Shown here piece by piece: positions 42,356-54,116 of a DNA stretch of 55,792 nt. This DNA comes from Piedraia hortae CBS 480.64 (lineage: Eukaryota). A model generated the notes under the pieces. The model did no database searches, was not told the origin of the DNA, and saw only the letters and a program-made list of their open reading frames with translations. The stretch covers positions 49,177 to 104,968 of the forward strand of contig MU006008.1 in assembly GCA_010093745.1 (NCBI GenBank). The letters are read 5' to 3'. Made by a program: the position numbers and the translations under genes. Every line of letters begins with the position of its first letter. Positions within the stretch are counted from its first letter, which is position 1.

Positions 42356-43969
42356 TCAATGAACAACCGACCCACCATCGACAAGTAAGACCTCATCAAC
42401 CTTTTCTTCAACCTCATTACCACAGCATTCGACCCTTTTCCAGGTATGTATGCGACCTGCATTGGCATCCACTTCCCAGACTCGCATACGCCGATAATAG
42501 CCACCGTAGCCGCCGTATCCACCAAACCCGGAGCCGCCTGCGTAGCACAGCCACGGGCCCTTGAGGTTGTCTTTGGGTAAAGCGCAAAAGTCGTTGACAT
42601 GGTCGTGGCCGCAGCCGACGGTGACGATTCCGGCGTCTGCGAGGGCGGAGTAAAAGTGCGAATTGTAGGCCGGTGCTGTGACGCCTTCCTTCCACACACC
42701 ACCTTTGATGATGTTGGTCTTGGACGCTTGTTCAGGGAGAGGAATGTGGATAAAAGCCATGTCCATGTGCATATGGCTGTACTTTTTGTGCTCTTTGATG
42801 AGGCTGCTGGCTGTGTTCTTGAACCATTCAATTTGGCTGGGTTTAACCCAGGCATAGCCCCTGTACCGTCGCTCGTCGGGTGTGAGGCCGTGGGTATCGA
42901 GAAAATACAGAGTAAGGGCCGAGTGTTGGCTCGCTTGAACCTCGACATAGTAGTTTCCTACACCATCGACGTTGGAAGGGCCTGTACGTGAAAGTCCAAA
43001 AGGAAGTCCCTCGATTATGGCCATTTGATCCTCCCTGCTGAGCGACTGACGTCCCTCATCGTCGTGGTTGCCGAATATCATCGCCCAGGGAATGCGGCGG
43101 CTGATAAGAGGTGCCGCATACTTGAAAATGGCTGTCTGTGTGTCTGGAGCAGCGGGCCCTTCGACCTGATCTCCGGATAGAACTACCAGATCCGGCTTTT
43201 CATCGTCCAGAATGCGCTCAACAAAGGCCAAAGTGCGCGGATCTGCAGCACAAACATTGGAGAAAGCTCCATCAGCTTCCAGCGCGTCCCGACAATTTCC
43301 AGTTCCTGTGGCCAAATGTGCGTCCGAGATCTGAAGGATCTTGAACTTGCCGTCCTTGCGGATGCGCGGCGTCGTGGCTTTGGTCTCAGCAGGCTGACCG
43401 TGCTGTATGCTGAGTCGCGGGATAGGGATGGCGTCAACGCCGAGCGGCGTGGCATCGAGCTCCCATTTCGGCCTCGGATCGACAGCGTCAGTGCCGAAGA
43501 GAATCTCGACGGCTGTCACTACGCGGTCCGAGTCACTGTTATGTCTTTTTCCGCTGCGCAAGAGCCAAATGCCCGCTGCACGCCGCTCCCAGGGCCCGTC
43601 ATCGGTCGGTTCGCGCGGACCGACCTTGACCTTCATCACAACGCGGTCGTCGGCGGTGAGATCAGCCTCCTTCTTGCGCTGAACATGCAGCCATGCGCTC
43701 TTGACCCATGCCGAGTCTAAATAGAGGTTCTTCTCGATGCGGTGCCAGCGCGAGGGGTCTAGTCGGCACACGCTGAACGGGTTGACTGACGAGCAAAAGG
43801 CGACCTGAATGTCGGTGATGACGGTGCCGGCATGATGGGCGGCCGAGAAATGGTGATGGATAGCCGGCGGGAGCACCTTATAGCGCCAGTCAGCGACAAA
43901 AATGAAGAGCAGCAGCAATACGGCAAGCGCAGCGGCCTGGATTAGGTTGCGCGTGATGCGGCGCGCCAT
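42356..43969 (-). CDS. DCR2: Calcineurin-like metallophosphoesterase, Dcr2/Sia1 family, with N-terminal anchor
   Basis: FKILQISDAH, LSGDQ, FGNHD, FIHIPLPE, CGHDHVND, GGSGFGGYGG. Confidence 0.8.
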   Translation of the reverse strand: MARRITRNLIQAAALAVLLLLFIFVADWRYKVLPPAIHHHFSAAHHAGTVITDIQVAFCSSVNPFSVCRLDPSRWHRIEKNLYLDSAWVKSAWLHVQRKKEADLTADDRVVMKVKVGPREPTDDGPWERRAAGIWLLRSGKRHNSDSDRVVTAVEILFGTDAVDPRPKWELDATPLGVDAIPIPRLSIQHGQPAETKATTPRIRKDGKFKILQISDAHLATGTGNCRDALEADGAFSNVCAADPRTLAFVERILDDEKPDLVVLSGDQVEGPAAPDTQTAIFKYAAPLISRRIPWAMIFGNHDDEGRQSLSREDQMAIIEGLPFGLSRTGPSNVDGVGNYYVEVQASQHSALTLYFLDTHGLTPDERRYRGYAWVKPSQIEWFKNTASSLIKEHKKYSHMHMDMAFIHIPLPEQASKTNIIKGGVWKEGVTAPAYNSHFYSALADAGIVTVGCGHDHVNDFCALPKDNLKGPWLCYAGGSGFGGYGGYGGYYRRMRVWEVDANAGRIHTWKRVECCGNEVEEKVDEVLLVDGGSVVH

Positions 43970-44042
43970 GGAGACATTCGCCGTCGTGGTGTTGGGGGGG
44001 CAACCCACCTGCCAGCCCAATAAGGTCTAGTGGGCACGTCAG

Positions 44043-45209
44043 ATGTCATGTCAAGAACGGTTGGTGGGGCAACCACAAATGCACCGCACCTGGACGAGGG
44101 CCGCCGACGGCGTCTTTCGCGTAGGCGACTCGGTAGTATTGCGGCAGAAGACGAACCGGGATGCATCGCCGATCTTTTGCCAGAAGCTTGTTGCAGGCGG
44201 TCGGGTCAACACAAGCAGAGGCGGCATTCCCCACGAGGACATTATCGGCCGTCGTGCACGGGAAGTCGTTCGCGACCATGGGAAGCTGAGCCGGGCCTAC
44301 AGGCTACACGAGGCGAAGCTAGACGAATATGTTCGGTGGTCCCGGCGGAAAGTCACGCCGTTGTACCCAGAGGACATACAGATCATATTGGGCCTTATGG
44401 ATATTCACGTAGACGGGGATGAGGCTATGGAAATCCTTGAAGCGGGGACGGGCCATGGTGCCCTAACGCTATATCTCAGTCGTGCAGTGCACCGAAGCGG
44501 GAGCGGTAACGGCTCAAAGATGCCCGTCATTCATAGCGTCGAGCGTTCCGCCGCATACTCGGCTCATGCCCAGTCCGTGGTGGCTGGCTTCCGCCATGGT
44601 ATATACTCTTCCAACATCGCATTCCACGTCGGTTGCGTCTCAGATTGGATCTCTGCCACTCTTCCACTGCGGGACAACCGGCCTTTTCTTGCCCACTCCT
44701 TCCTTGACCTTCCCAATGCTGATCAACACCTTGCAAGGGTAGCGCCGGCGCTGCGGGTAGATGGCACATTGATTGTCTTCAACCCCAGCATCACACAGAT
44801 CTTGGAGTGCTGGACAAAAGTCAAGAAAGACAGTTTACCACTGGAGTTGGAACGAGTAGTAGAGCTAGGCGTCAGCGCGGGCAGCGGTGGGAGAGAATGG
44901 GATGTCAGAGCCGTGAGGCCCAGAGCAGAGCTCAAGATGGCTGCCAAAGGGGCCTCTGGTGAGCAAGACGAAGATGCATCAACATTAACACACACTACGG
45001 ACAGTCGCGAGGAAGTAACTGATGACATTTCTACTGAGCATTCTTCTCAATCTGAACAGCTTTCTGATACGATGGGAGACGTTTGCGATCCCTTAAGATC
45101 ATCCGGCTGGAAGATGATTTGCCGGCCAAAGGTCGGTGAACGGATCATCGGAGGAGGCTTTGTCGGTGTCTTCCGTAAAACAAGAGACTATCTCCGACCA
45201 GAAGATTGA
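44043..45209 (+). CDS. tRNA (adenine-58-N1)-methyltransferase catalytic subunit-like (Gcd14/TRMT61B-like, possibly mitochondrial; start may be at 44079)
   Basis: GGIPHEDIIG, TPLYPED, ILEAGTGHGALT, FLDLP, FNPSITQI. Confidence 0.8.
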   Translation: MSCQERLVGQPQMHRTWTRAADGVFRVGDSVVLRQKTNRDASPIFCQKLVAGGRVNTSRGGIPHEDIIGRRAREVVRDHGKLSRAYRLHEAKLDEYVRWSRRKVTPLYPEDIQIILGLMDIHVDGDEAMEILEAGTGHGALTLYLSRAVHRSGSGNGSKMPVIHSVERSAAYSAHAQSVVAGFRHGIYSSNIAFHVGCVSDWISATLPLRDNRPFLAHSFLDLPNADQHLARVAPALRVDGTLIVFNPSITQILECWTKVKKDSLPLELERVVELGVSAGSGGREWDVRAVRPRAELKMAAKGASGEQDEDASTLTHTTDSREEVTDDISTEHSSQSEQLSDTMGDVCDPLRSSGWKMICRPKVGERIIGGGFVGVFRKTRDYLRPED

Positions 45210-45357
45210 AGCTAAAGTGTAGGGTATCGTAATTAACTAATCTTGTACCACTAGAACAGCAGTCCGCAGCTTACAGACCGCAAGTTCTAATTACAGACGT
45301 GGATCTCATGCACTCATACAGCTGCGTTACCCATCACCGGCAGGCGCAGGCTCAACG

Positions 45358-46756
45358 TCAACGATGAAACTTTCTCGAAAACACATGCCTCAGCCGGTTG
45401 AGTCTGTCTGAAGTAAGAGCATTGCTACGAGACCTTCTGGACTCGGTACTGGTATTTTCCTGCGAGATTGCGGCTCCCGGCGCCCTGAGATCGAGACGGT
45501 CCGCCAGAGCATACACATCCTCGGCTGTGTAGCTACTAGACGAATGATGCGGTAAAAGCATCGGCGGTCCGTCTATCGGCTGTCGGTCTTCCAATCTTAT
45601 AGTCCCACCGGCAGGAACATAGCGGAGTATGCGGCCCGAATTCCGGCTTTGACGAGGCGCACTGCTTGAGCCAATGCCAGGTGGCGGAGAGAAAAAGAAG
45701 CATTCGGGCGTGGTACGCTTGTTTATGCCAGATATCGGAGCCAAGGTGGTCATGGCAACGTCCGCAGAGCCCATCAAGCCCTCAGAGACGAATATCTCGT
45801 GCTTGCTAACAAACCTGCGTATACTGTTCCGCTTGACCACACAGGGACACTCGTCGTAAAGTCGGCACAGGGAATAGCAGTGGCAACGACTTTCGCATAT
45901 GCAATCCAGACTGTCAACGGGTTCTAGGGCCACATGTCCCGAGCCAATGCCAGCCTGGCGAATCTCAACCGATGAATTCTCGAGAGCCGAGTCTTGTTCA
46001 ATGGTTCCATTGCACGGATGCACGGAGAGTTCCATGGCATGTAGCAGCCAGGCCAGGTCGATGACTTCGTTGGGCGTCATGCCACTCAAATCCATCAGTC
46101 CATCCAGGATGAGACGCCGGCCGTCCGCCAACTTGCACACACTGCGTCTCTCACTGCCTCGCAGGAGGTCATGACGTGCACAAACAGCGTTATCCAGAGC
46201 AGTGACCAGGCCGGGGTCGTTCAACTTAGTCCACATTTCCTCCAGTCGAGTCGCCATCCCGACGGCAGTCCACGCTGTGCTGCTGTCCACATGGCCTCCG
46301 CCCGCCCCGGAATCATGAGCGCTTATGTTCCCGTTGCCTGAGTGCTTGTTGAAGCGCACTTTAAGGTCCGAGTAAAGGCGCTTGACTTCAGCCAACAAGA
46401 CATAATATAAGCGGTCCCAGCTGCCAAGCGAAATCACCAAGTTGAACTTTGGTCTGTGCAAACTCAAGCGAAAATGGTCTAGCATATTCGAACCGTTTGA
46501 GATCTGCCCAAGTCAACTATCGGATTCGTTTCGGGACTTAGGCCGTACGTACTGTGCCTTTCCAGATATCGGCGTGGTTCATTTGGCTCAGGCTCAATGC
46601 CATGTCTTGCAGCAATTTTTGGATTCTCTGATGACTATAATTGGATATGGCTTGATGAGCCGGCATACGGTGAGCGACGCCTGGAGGGATGTAAGAGTTT
46701 ACAAGACCGAGCTTGGTCTCGCCAGAAGCATCATCAGGGGAGCTCATGCTTGGCAT
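45358..46756 (-). CDS. Hypothetical protein with a 7-Cys cluster; intron 46552-46504
   Basis: Two track ORFs join in frame across GTACGT..TTGAC..CAG; contains CICESRCHCYSLCRLYDECPC. Confidence 0.7.
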
Positions 46757-47333
46757 GGTTGAAAGAGGGGAAGATGAAAAAGGAAAGGAATCCGAGTGCA
46801 CTTGAGACCCGTGGTGCAAGATCTAACACCACTTCATGAAAACGAGTAACACGAGTTGTGCTGTAGAAAATCACATTTGTGAAAAGACTAACGTGTCGGT
46901 GTGAATGACATGTGGGGGATCATGTTCATGTGCGAGACTAGAAGCGTCAACGCTTGTCTCTTGATAGACAATGGCAGACACGACACGAGGCTGACAGCGG
47001 AACATGCTGCGGGGTAAGCACGGCGGGCCGGCCCGTCAACCGATGATTGGACGAAAGGCGTTGACCGGCGTTTAGCCAGTCTTCCAGAAGAGGGGAAATT
47101 ACGGGGCCGGGAGTATGCATTTGCATTCTGCTGTTGGATCATCCCTTCCGCTGTGGCGCTGTTCCCCGCTGGACATGGGACAGGCCCCGCACCCGTTGCA
47201 CTTGCCCCCGCACGTTTCGCATTCACGCGCCAACAAGTAACTCGGTGATCCAGAACTCACGACTCACAAACCGTCCACCGCAACGCCCGCGCTGACTTCC
47301 GATGAACTTGCGCTTTTGCACCGGAGACTCGGC

Positions 47334-49825
47334 ATGGAAACAGCCCAGTGTGGCCTCGTCTACCTGACGCCCGCCGCCAGCCCGTCTGCCCAGCTCTACA
47401 CGCCCGACACGCCCGTCGGCCACGACAACGTTGGCCGCAACCTGCAAATTCTCCTGGACCGCGCCCAAGGCGGATTCCACCAAGGTACAGTCCCTGCACG
47501 CTGCTCCACCTACATACACCCTACCCCGTCTCGTTCCGCTACGTCCTCGCCTTGCCTCTCTCTGACTATCCAGTCTTCGTCTGCTCCAGCACCCACGTCT
47601 GCCTGCAGCGGCTCGACGCCGACGCCAACTACCGCCCTACCGTTGCTCTATGCGAGCTCGACGTCGCAGATGATGATGCCCTGCTGATGCTGCGCGGGCT
47701 GACAGATGGCGTGCGTCAGGCACGCTGGAAGCAGCGCGTCATGCCGTTCGCCCTCTTGCAGGACGCGACAAAGTCTTCGGAACAAGCCCATGCGAATGTC
47801 ACGGCTACATGCCTCGAAGCCGGCGCGGTGGATGTTCTCCGCAGCCCACTAGGCGTCGCTGACGTGAAGCGCCTGGTTGGACACGCGAGGGAAGCACGAC
47901 GGCCCTGTACGCGCCTTGTCGGGGCTAACATGGCCGAGGATCTTGTGAACAACATCCCGGACGCAAAAGCGTCGATGCCGGCGGCCGCGCAACGACCCGA
48001 TCTGATGGTGCCCGAGGGGCGCAAGCGGGCGGTGGAGAGCGCGGTCGGGCTGCTGCAGTTTCCGGCGTGCGACTTTGACATGGACGAACTCACGTACGCC
48101 GCTCTTTACATGCTGGAACATGTCCTGCGCGTACCTAGCCTCGAGCCTTATGCGCTTCCTCGCGATCAGCTAATGGGCTTCCTACTGGACACGCGCCGCC
48201 AGTACAGGAACGATGGCGACGTGCCGTACCACAACTGGCGCCATGCGGTGGACGTCACGCAGACCATCTACCGCTTTCTCGCCCATGTCCAGCTCTGTCC
48301 GCCGCTGAATGACACGCCGCCGCCGCAGTTGAACGGCATAGAGCGCCTCATGACCCCTATCGATGCTCTCACGCTGCTTGTCGCGGCCATTGGCCATGAT
48401 GTCGGCCATCCAGGCGTCAACAACGCCTTCCTCGTCGCTTGCGAACACCCTCTAGCGCTGTTGTACAATGACAAGTCTGTGCTGGAGAATTACCACTGCG
48501 CCGCCTTTTCTCTGCTGCTGCGGAAGCACTGGCCGTCGCTCTCCTCCATCCCGTCGTTTCGCTCGTCGATGATCTCGACCATCCTCGCCACTGATATGCA
48601 GCGCCACTTTGAGTACATGAACGAGCTCACAAGGTTGACAGAGCGGCTGAACGAGACGGAAAGCTTGTCGCCCAACGAAGAGGAACATGCGCGCACCATC
48701 ATGATGGCCTTACTGATCAAAGCCGCTGACATTTCCAACGTAGCGCGCCCCTTTGACATCTCATCGCGCTGGGCCCGTATCTTATTGAGCGAGTTTGCGA
48801 GACAAGGCGAGTTGGAAGTGGAAATGGGCATTCCGACCTGCTTGTTCGGCGGCCCACCCAAGCCGAACGACGACTTGGCTGCGGCCCAAAGTCAGAAGGG
48901 ATTCATGAGTCTGTTCGGCCTTCCCCTGTTTCGTGGCATAAAAGATCTCATGCCAAGCTTCTCCTGCTTGGTCGGAGAGCTGGAAAACAATCGAATACAG
49001 TGGGACCTCAAGATCTCAGAAGAGCAGGGTAAAATGAACCTGGGCGAGAACCTGCCCATGTTGGCGAGCGTCGACGAGATGCGGCCGATATCAGAGCCCG
49101 TCGGCATGTCATCGCGGATGCGCGCGCGAACGGATCTCAACTTGAATCTGTCGTCGCCGCCTCCTGTGACGGTCCTGGCGTCGCCAACGGGCTGCCCGTC
49201 CCGGCGGTCCAGTAAGGACGTGGCTCTGGACCAGCTTCAGCAGCTCAGCATGATTGCCCAGCACGGCCTCAGTCCCACAGGGCGCAGGGGATCTGCAGAT
49301 GCCGGGTGGCCCCTCAATCCGGGTTTCACTGGTGCCAGGCGCAGGAGCAAAGACGAAAGCTTCACCACCATTGTGCTCGCTGGCCCGCAAAGTCCGCGAC
49401 CCTCGTCTCCCGCGAGAACTTTGAGGTCCAGCGATTCGGCCAAACAAAGCAGACACACGCGTAAACAAAGCTCTCGAAGCCCTCTGGCACCCACTCACTC
49501 CTACACGACGAGTTCCGGCACCGCGGCCACCACCCACCGCTCATCCATCTCGACGCGGCCATCGTCCATTTCGGAAACGACAGAGATGGTGGCCCTGTCC
49601 CCTTGCGACGATGATTCCCCTGCAAAGCGGTTTTTGGACAACGTTATGCTGGCGGCTCCACTAACACCAGAGCCGCCACGAATAGCTGAAGAAGAAGAGT
49701 TTCACGGACGATCGGGCCCTGGCACGGAACGTCGACTTGGACAGTCCCGCAGCCGGAGTCGCCTTCGGAACCTGAAGTTTTGGAGGTGGAAGCGGGAAGA
49801 GGCCAATGAAGGCGGTTCCCCATAG
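47334..49825 (+). CDS. PDE2: High-affinity class I cAMP phosphodiesterase; intron 47485-47573
   Basis: YHNWRHAVD, HDVGHPGVNNAF, SVLENYH, LATDM, IKAADISN. Confidence 0.92.
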
Positions 49826-50857
49826 CCACCGCCTACTCCGTTAATGCTGTAACGACGAGAACACACATGACTTGTCTGATATATACCTCGCCGTCCTTCG
49901 CGAATGAGACGAGGGACGCTTTTGTTTTTCTCTGCTGTACATTCCACGCATTGACATTACGATGCTTGTGTTTCTATCCAAAGGCCGTGGACCGAGAATT
50001 CTACGTAGCGACGACGGTCTGCTCTTCGCGACCGCATGGAAAATCATGTTTCACCAGACGGTACAGAAAAGAGATATGCTTAAACGCGGCCCCTTGCTGT
50101 TGACCATTGTGGTGTCAAATCTATTTTAGCTGACGTGCGCAGCCCAGCGGCAAAGCGGTGCTTTGGCGTCTACGGAGACATTTCTAATTTTTGGAACGCA
50201 GAAACGCGCCCACGTGCAAAACCGTTGGAGCTGCATACCGTTATTCTGAAACGTTTAGACGCCGTTGTCTTGGGCAATAGTGTGTGCATGGTGGCCTCTG
50301 AGGACGGTTGTTAAAGGTCTGGGCCATCAACCAAGCTTGCTGAGAACATAGAAACATAGCTTTGATGACGGGGTTACACAGGAGTGTATAGTACCTGCTC
50401 GACAAACATAGCCGCCTAACTCTGCCAACATCCGCCGGCCGCAGCAAACCACTGTACGGCCACGCACTAGCTCAGGTACCCACCGACGCCATGTTTGATC
50501 ATCCTGCCTGCCGAAGCGTGGCCATAGCCGGTCCATAACAGCCCGCCAGCAACCACCGACTACATGGACCAAAATAATCCGAAACGGGCGTAACGCCCGA
50601 GTACAAACTTTCCCGTCCAACCAAAGCGTTCAGCGCCAGCCTCGATGGAATAAAGACAGGGAGACCGACCCGTGTCCCTTTTCCATCATCTATCCTTCCG
50701 GCGTTGGGTGTATCTGCTCTTTTCATCTCTTCTTCTTACTCTAATAAGTCGGTCTGGAACTGGCTCTGATCTCACGACTTACGACGTTCACGACTAAAGC
50801 AACTTCCATAACGACCCTTGCAACGTAGAACGACAGTTCACGATCGATGAAGATACC

Positions 50858-51647
50858 ATGCCCAGGGAGCTGAAGCCGTACTCTCGCACCACCAAAACAC
50901 ATTCTGCAGCAGCTTTACCCTATCCAACTGCTTCAGCCCAAAATATGCACACGGTCGCTTCTGGTAAAGCTGCTTCCGTATGGAGCGCAGCCGACGATGA
51001 GATTCTTTTGCAAGCGAGGGCTTCGGGCATGAACTGGCATCCAATCGCCAGAAATCATTTTCCCAACAAGACTGCCAATGCCTGTCGCAAGCGTCACGAA
51101 CGTTTAATGGAACGAAGGCATGTCGAAGACTGGGATCTTGGGAGATTGGAGGCCCTGGCGAGGGAATACATGGTACTGAGGAAAGAAATCTGGGAGCCTT
51201 TGGCCGAACGGCTGGGCGAGCGCTGGGTGGTGGTCGAGGTAAAGGTCAGTTTCTCCGCTGAACGTGCTCCAGGTTCCTGGGACAACTCTAAACATCGTGT
51301 AGTGCTTGGAAATGGGCCTGAAGAATCTACAGTCTACTGCCAGGACAGCCAATCGCCGTGCTTCTGCCGAGAGTCATGGCCTTCCAGCAGGTTCTGGCGC
51401 ATCAGACCACAATAGCGACTCTGGTATTGGACTGGGCTCCGACGGCGAAGTGGACGCCGGCCATGTTGACAAGCAATCTTGGACGAAGCCTGAGCCTGCA
51501 GTCCGCAGCTTGCCGCAGCCCCTGCCGCTCTATGAGCCACCACCGCCGATTCGAAGAGTCAGCCATATGCGAGCAGTTTCCGATTGCACTAGCGCAAGGT
51601 GCAGTTTCACCATCGACTCTGTCCTTTCCCCAAGGGAGGACGCATGA
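50858..51647 (+). CDS. Myb/SANT DNA-binding protein; intron 51245-51302
   Basis: WSAADDEILLQAR..NWHPIA..FPNKTANACRKRHERL; spliced VEVK|CLEMGLKNL. Confidence 0.85.
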
Positions 51648-52152
51648 TTTGTTGAATCTCATGTTTCATCATGAACTAGTTTATGTAATTTTAGCCCTTA
51701 AAATACGCAGCCCTTGCGTTACGATCGAGACCAATCTCTTCTGCCTGTAGCCGGAGCATATGTACTACAATAACTACCGAAGCCATGGCACCGGAGAAGT
51801 ACTTTGCCCGAGCCTTTTGCAGCCCCTGCTCTCCAACACAAGTGGAATATCGTAAGATGTGAAGACTGAGGTGTTCAAGAGTATACACAGCTTCCAAGGG
51901 TTACGGTGCAAGGACTTGTGATGCGCCTCGCGTCGCCATTGCGTAACGTGCAGTGCCAACGGGAGAGCGGATGACAGACCAATGGTGAATCTCTTGAAAC
52001 TCAACCAGAGCCCCACTTGCCGTATATTCCTCTTACTCATTGCGGCTACTCTGTTTGCTTCAAGGATCCTTTTAAAGTCCCCTCCCTCTCCCTCTTCTTC
52101 TCTCCTCACAAGCTCGACCCCAATCTTTTCCATCTTGTCTCACATACCCATC

Positions 52153-52762
52153 ATGAAGACGTTCTCGCTCGTTCTTGGTTTCCTGGCTGCTCTGGTGACT
52201 GCTCAATTCAACAACCAGTCGGCTAACTTCTTTCTGGTTGTTGACTCCAAGGATGATAGATGGGCCGGAACCGCTCTGGGAACTTGTCACGAAGGCGCAG
52301 CCATCGAATCACTTTGCCCCGGTCATCTTGTCAATTCTTCTTCTAGTTACCAGTTCTTCCAATTCAACACCAGCGACTACTCTGGTGATACTGGATTGTT
52401 GACCTATGAGCTGCATGGAGCAAACATCAATGGTAGCTAGTCCAGCCCATCATGTTTTTCTTGTGTTGACGCAGTGTATAGTCTCCGAGCCCATGAGCCT
52501 CTCGACGCACCCTCTCTCTAACCTTGGCATGGCCCTATTCATCCCTAATGACGACTACACTGGCGTTGCTTTTGACGAGTGCGGCAAACTGAACATCGAG
52601 GATAGCAACAGCGTGCCACACTACCGTTGGTATATTTGCCATACTCGTACCAACTACGACTACTGGACCCTTTCGTGGCTGATCGGCAACAACACTGACA
52701 CACCTGACAATCCAACCTGCACCGCTGCCAATATTACGCGTGTTTTTGCCCACAAGCTGTGA
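52153..52762 (+). CDS. Secreted fungal protein of unknown function; intron 52433-52481
   Basis: Signal peptide MKTFSLVLGFLAALVTA, CHEGAAIESLC, RWYIC..YWTLSW..PDNPTC. Confidence 0.8.
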
Positions 52763-53012
52763 GGAGAAAGGTGGAGAGGAAGCCTGACCTAAAACCTGTA
52801 ACGATGATGTAACCGTATCCTAACATTTGCTTACCTGAATGATGAATGTGACAGATTTCAGTGAGTTGTTGCAACATGACGTGAGGTTTGTCGTCTGCCG
52901 CTTCGGCCCGAGGCGGGTCTTGATTAAATTCGCCGAAAGTCTCCGGTACCGCGGAACTGGCTCGCACCTGACCACCAGCGACCAATGGCATCACACAGTC
53001 AGCATGCCACCG

Positions 53013-53257
53013 AACAAGGGCTTGAGGCCTACGTCATGCGGAAGGGCCCGGTCCGCTCACGGCCCGAGCCTAGTGGTCTCCTTCTGCGGCACATGCTCAG
53101 GCGGCACTGACGTTTCTCTTCTCTTCTTCATGCGTTGTTCTATCCACATAGGGTCTGCGCAGACCTCTCGTCCATAGCCCATTGCTTTGAGCCTCTCACC
53201 CTTTCTCTCATCGATTACTCTGCCCCGACCCCTCGTCCTTAGCCTCATGTCGTGACA
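53013..53257 (+). mobile_element. Solo LTR, family C, second copy with eroded left end
   Basis: Colinear with the reverse complement of 20614-20861; differences are mostly transitions; ends in GTGACA. Confidence 0.8.
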
Positions 53258-54116
53258 ATTTCCGGTTGAATACTTAGGCAGGAGCGAGTCTCGACCCGTT
53301 GCGCTAGTGGGCAGGGTCTACATACGTCACCTGTTTCAGTCTCTCACGCTATTATACGGTGTCTTTGATCACATGTCTGAATGCCATTCATTCAGTGATT
53401 AGGCTGGCAGGTGAGGAAGTCCGATCCGCAGAAGGACGTAAACATCTTGATACAAGGTGGGCCTTACTTTGGGACGCACATCTCGAGCGGCCAAGGTCTC
53501 AGAGTCTATTGATAAAGTTAGTTTGAGTTTTGGACAGCACGTGCCAAGGAGGAGTCCGTTTACAACCAGGTCCTCGCAGTCAATGAAGACAAGTGGTAAT
53601 TACCGGATACTGCTCTCGCCTGGGACGATAACGGTCATTCCCAGTAATGAGAATTCTGCAACCCAACTAAAGTCAAGGCTGGAAAGTCTAGGGCATCGTT
53701 ATGCTTTGTGGTATCAATCGTGGGAGAGAACCATTCACAAAAGAGCTCATTGTGAGCGCTTCATTAGGACCTGGCACAAGGCCAGATGCATTCGTTGCAA
53801 TGGGACAAAATTATTCAGATGTCCGTAATATTAGATCAACGCTCGCGCTCGCTAAGGCATCGATCCAATAATGAACATATGGCCCGTTCCATCCTTTAGG
53901 GCAAATCCACCCGACGCTCAGACCTGTAGCTCTCCTCAAAAGACCATCCAACGCACTTCCTTTCTCTTTCCAAGCACCTCCTTCTCTTTCAAACTACCAT
54001 CCACTCGTTCCCTGCAGCTAGCTGCAATTACATTCGTTAACACAAGCCGAACAACAGCTTACCCAAACTTTTCGCCAAACCTTCAAGCCCGCTTACACAA
54101 TCGTTAAACAGCCAAA

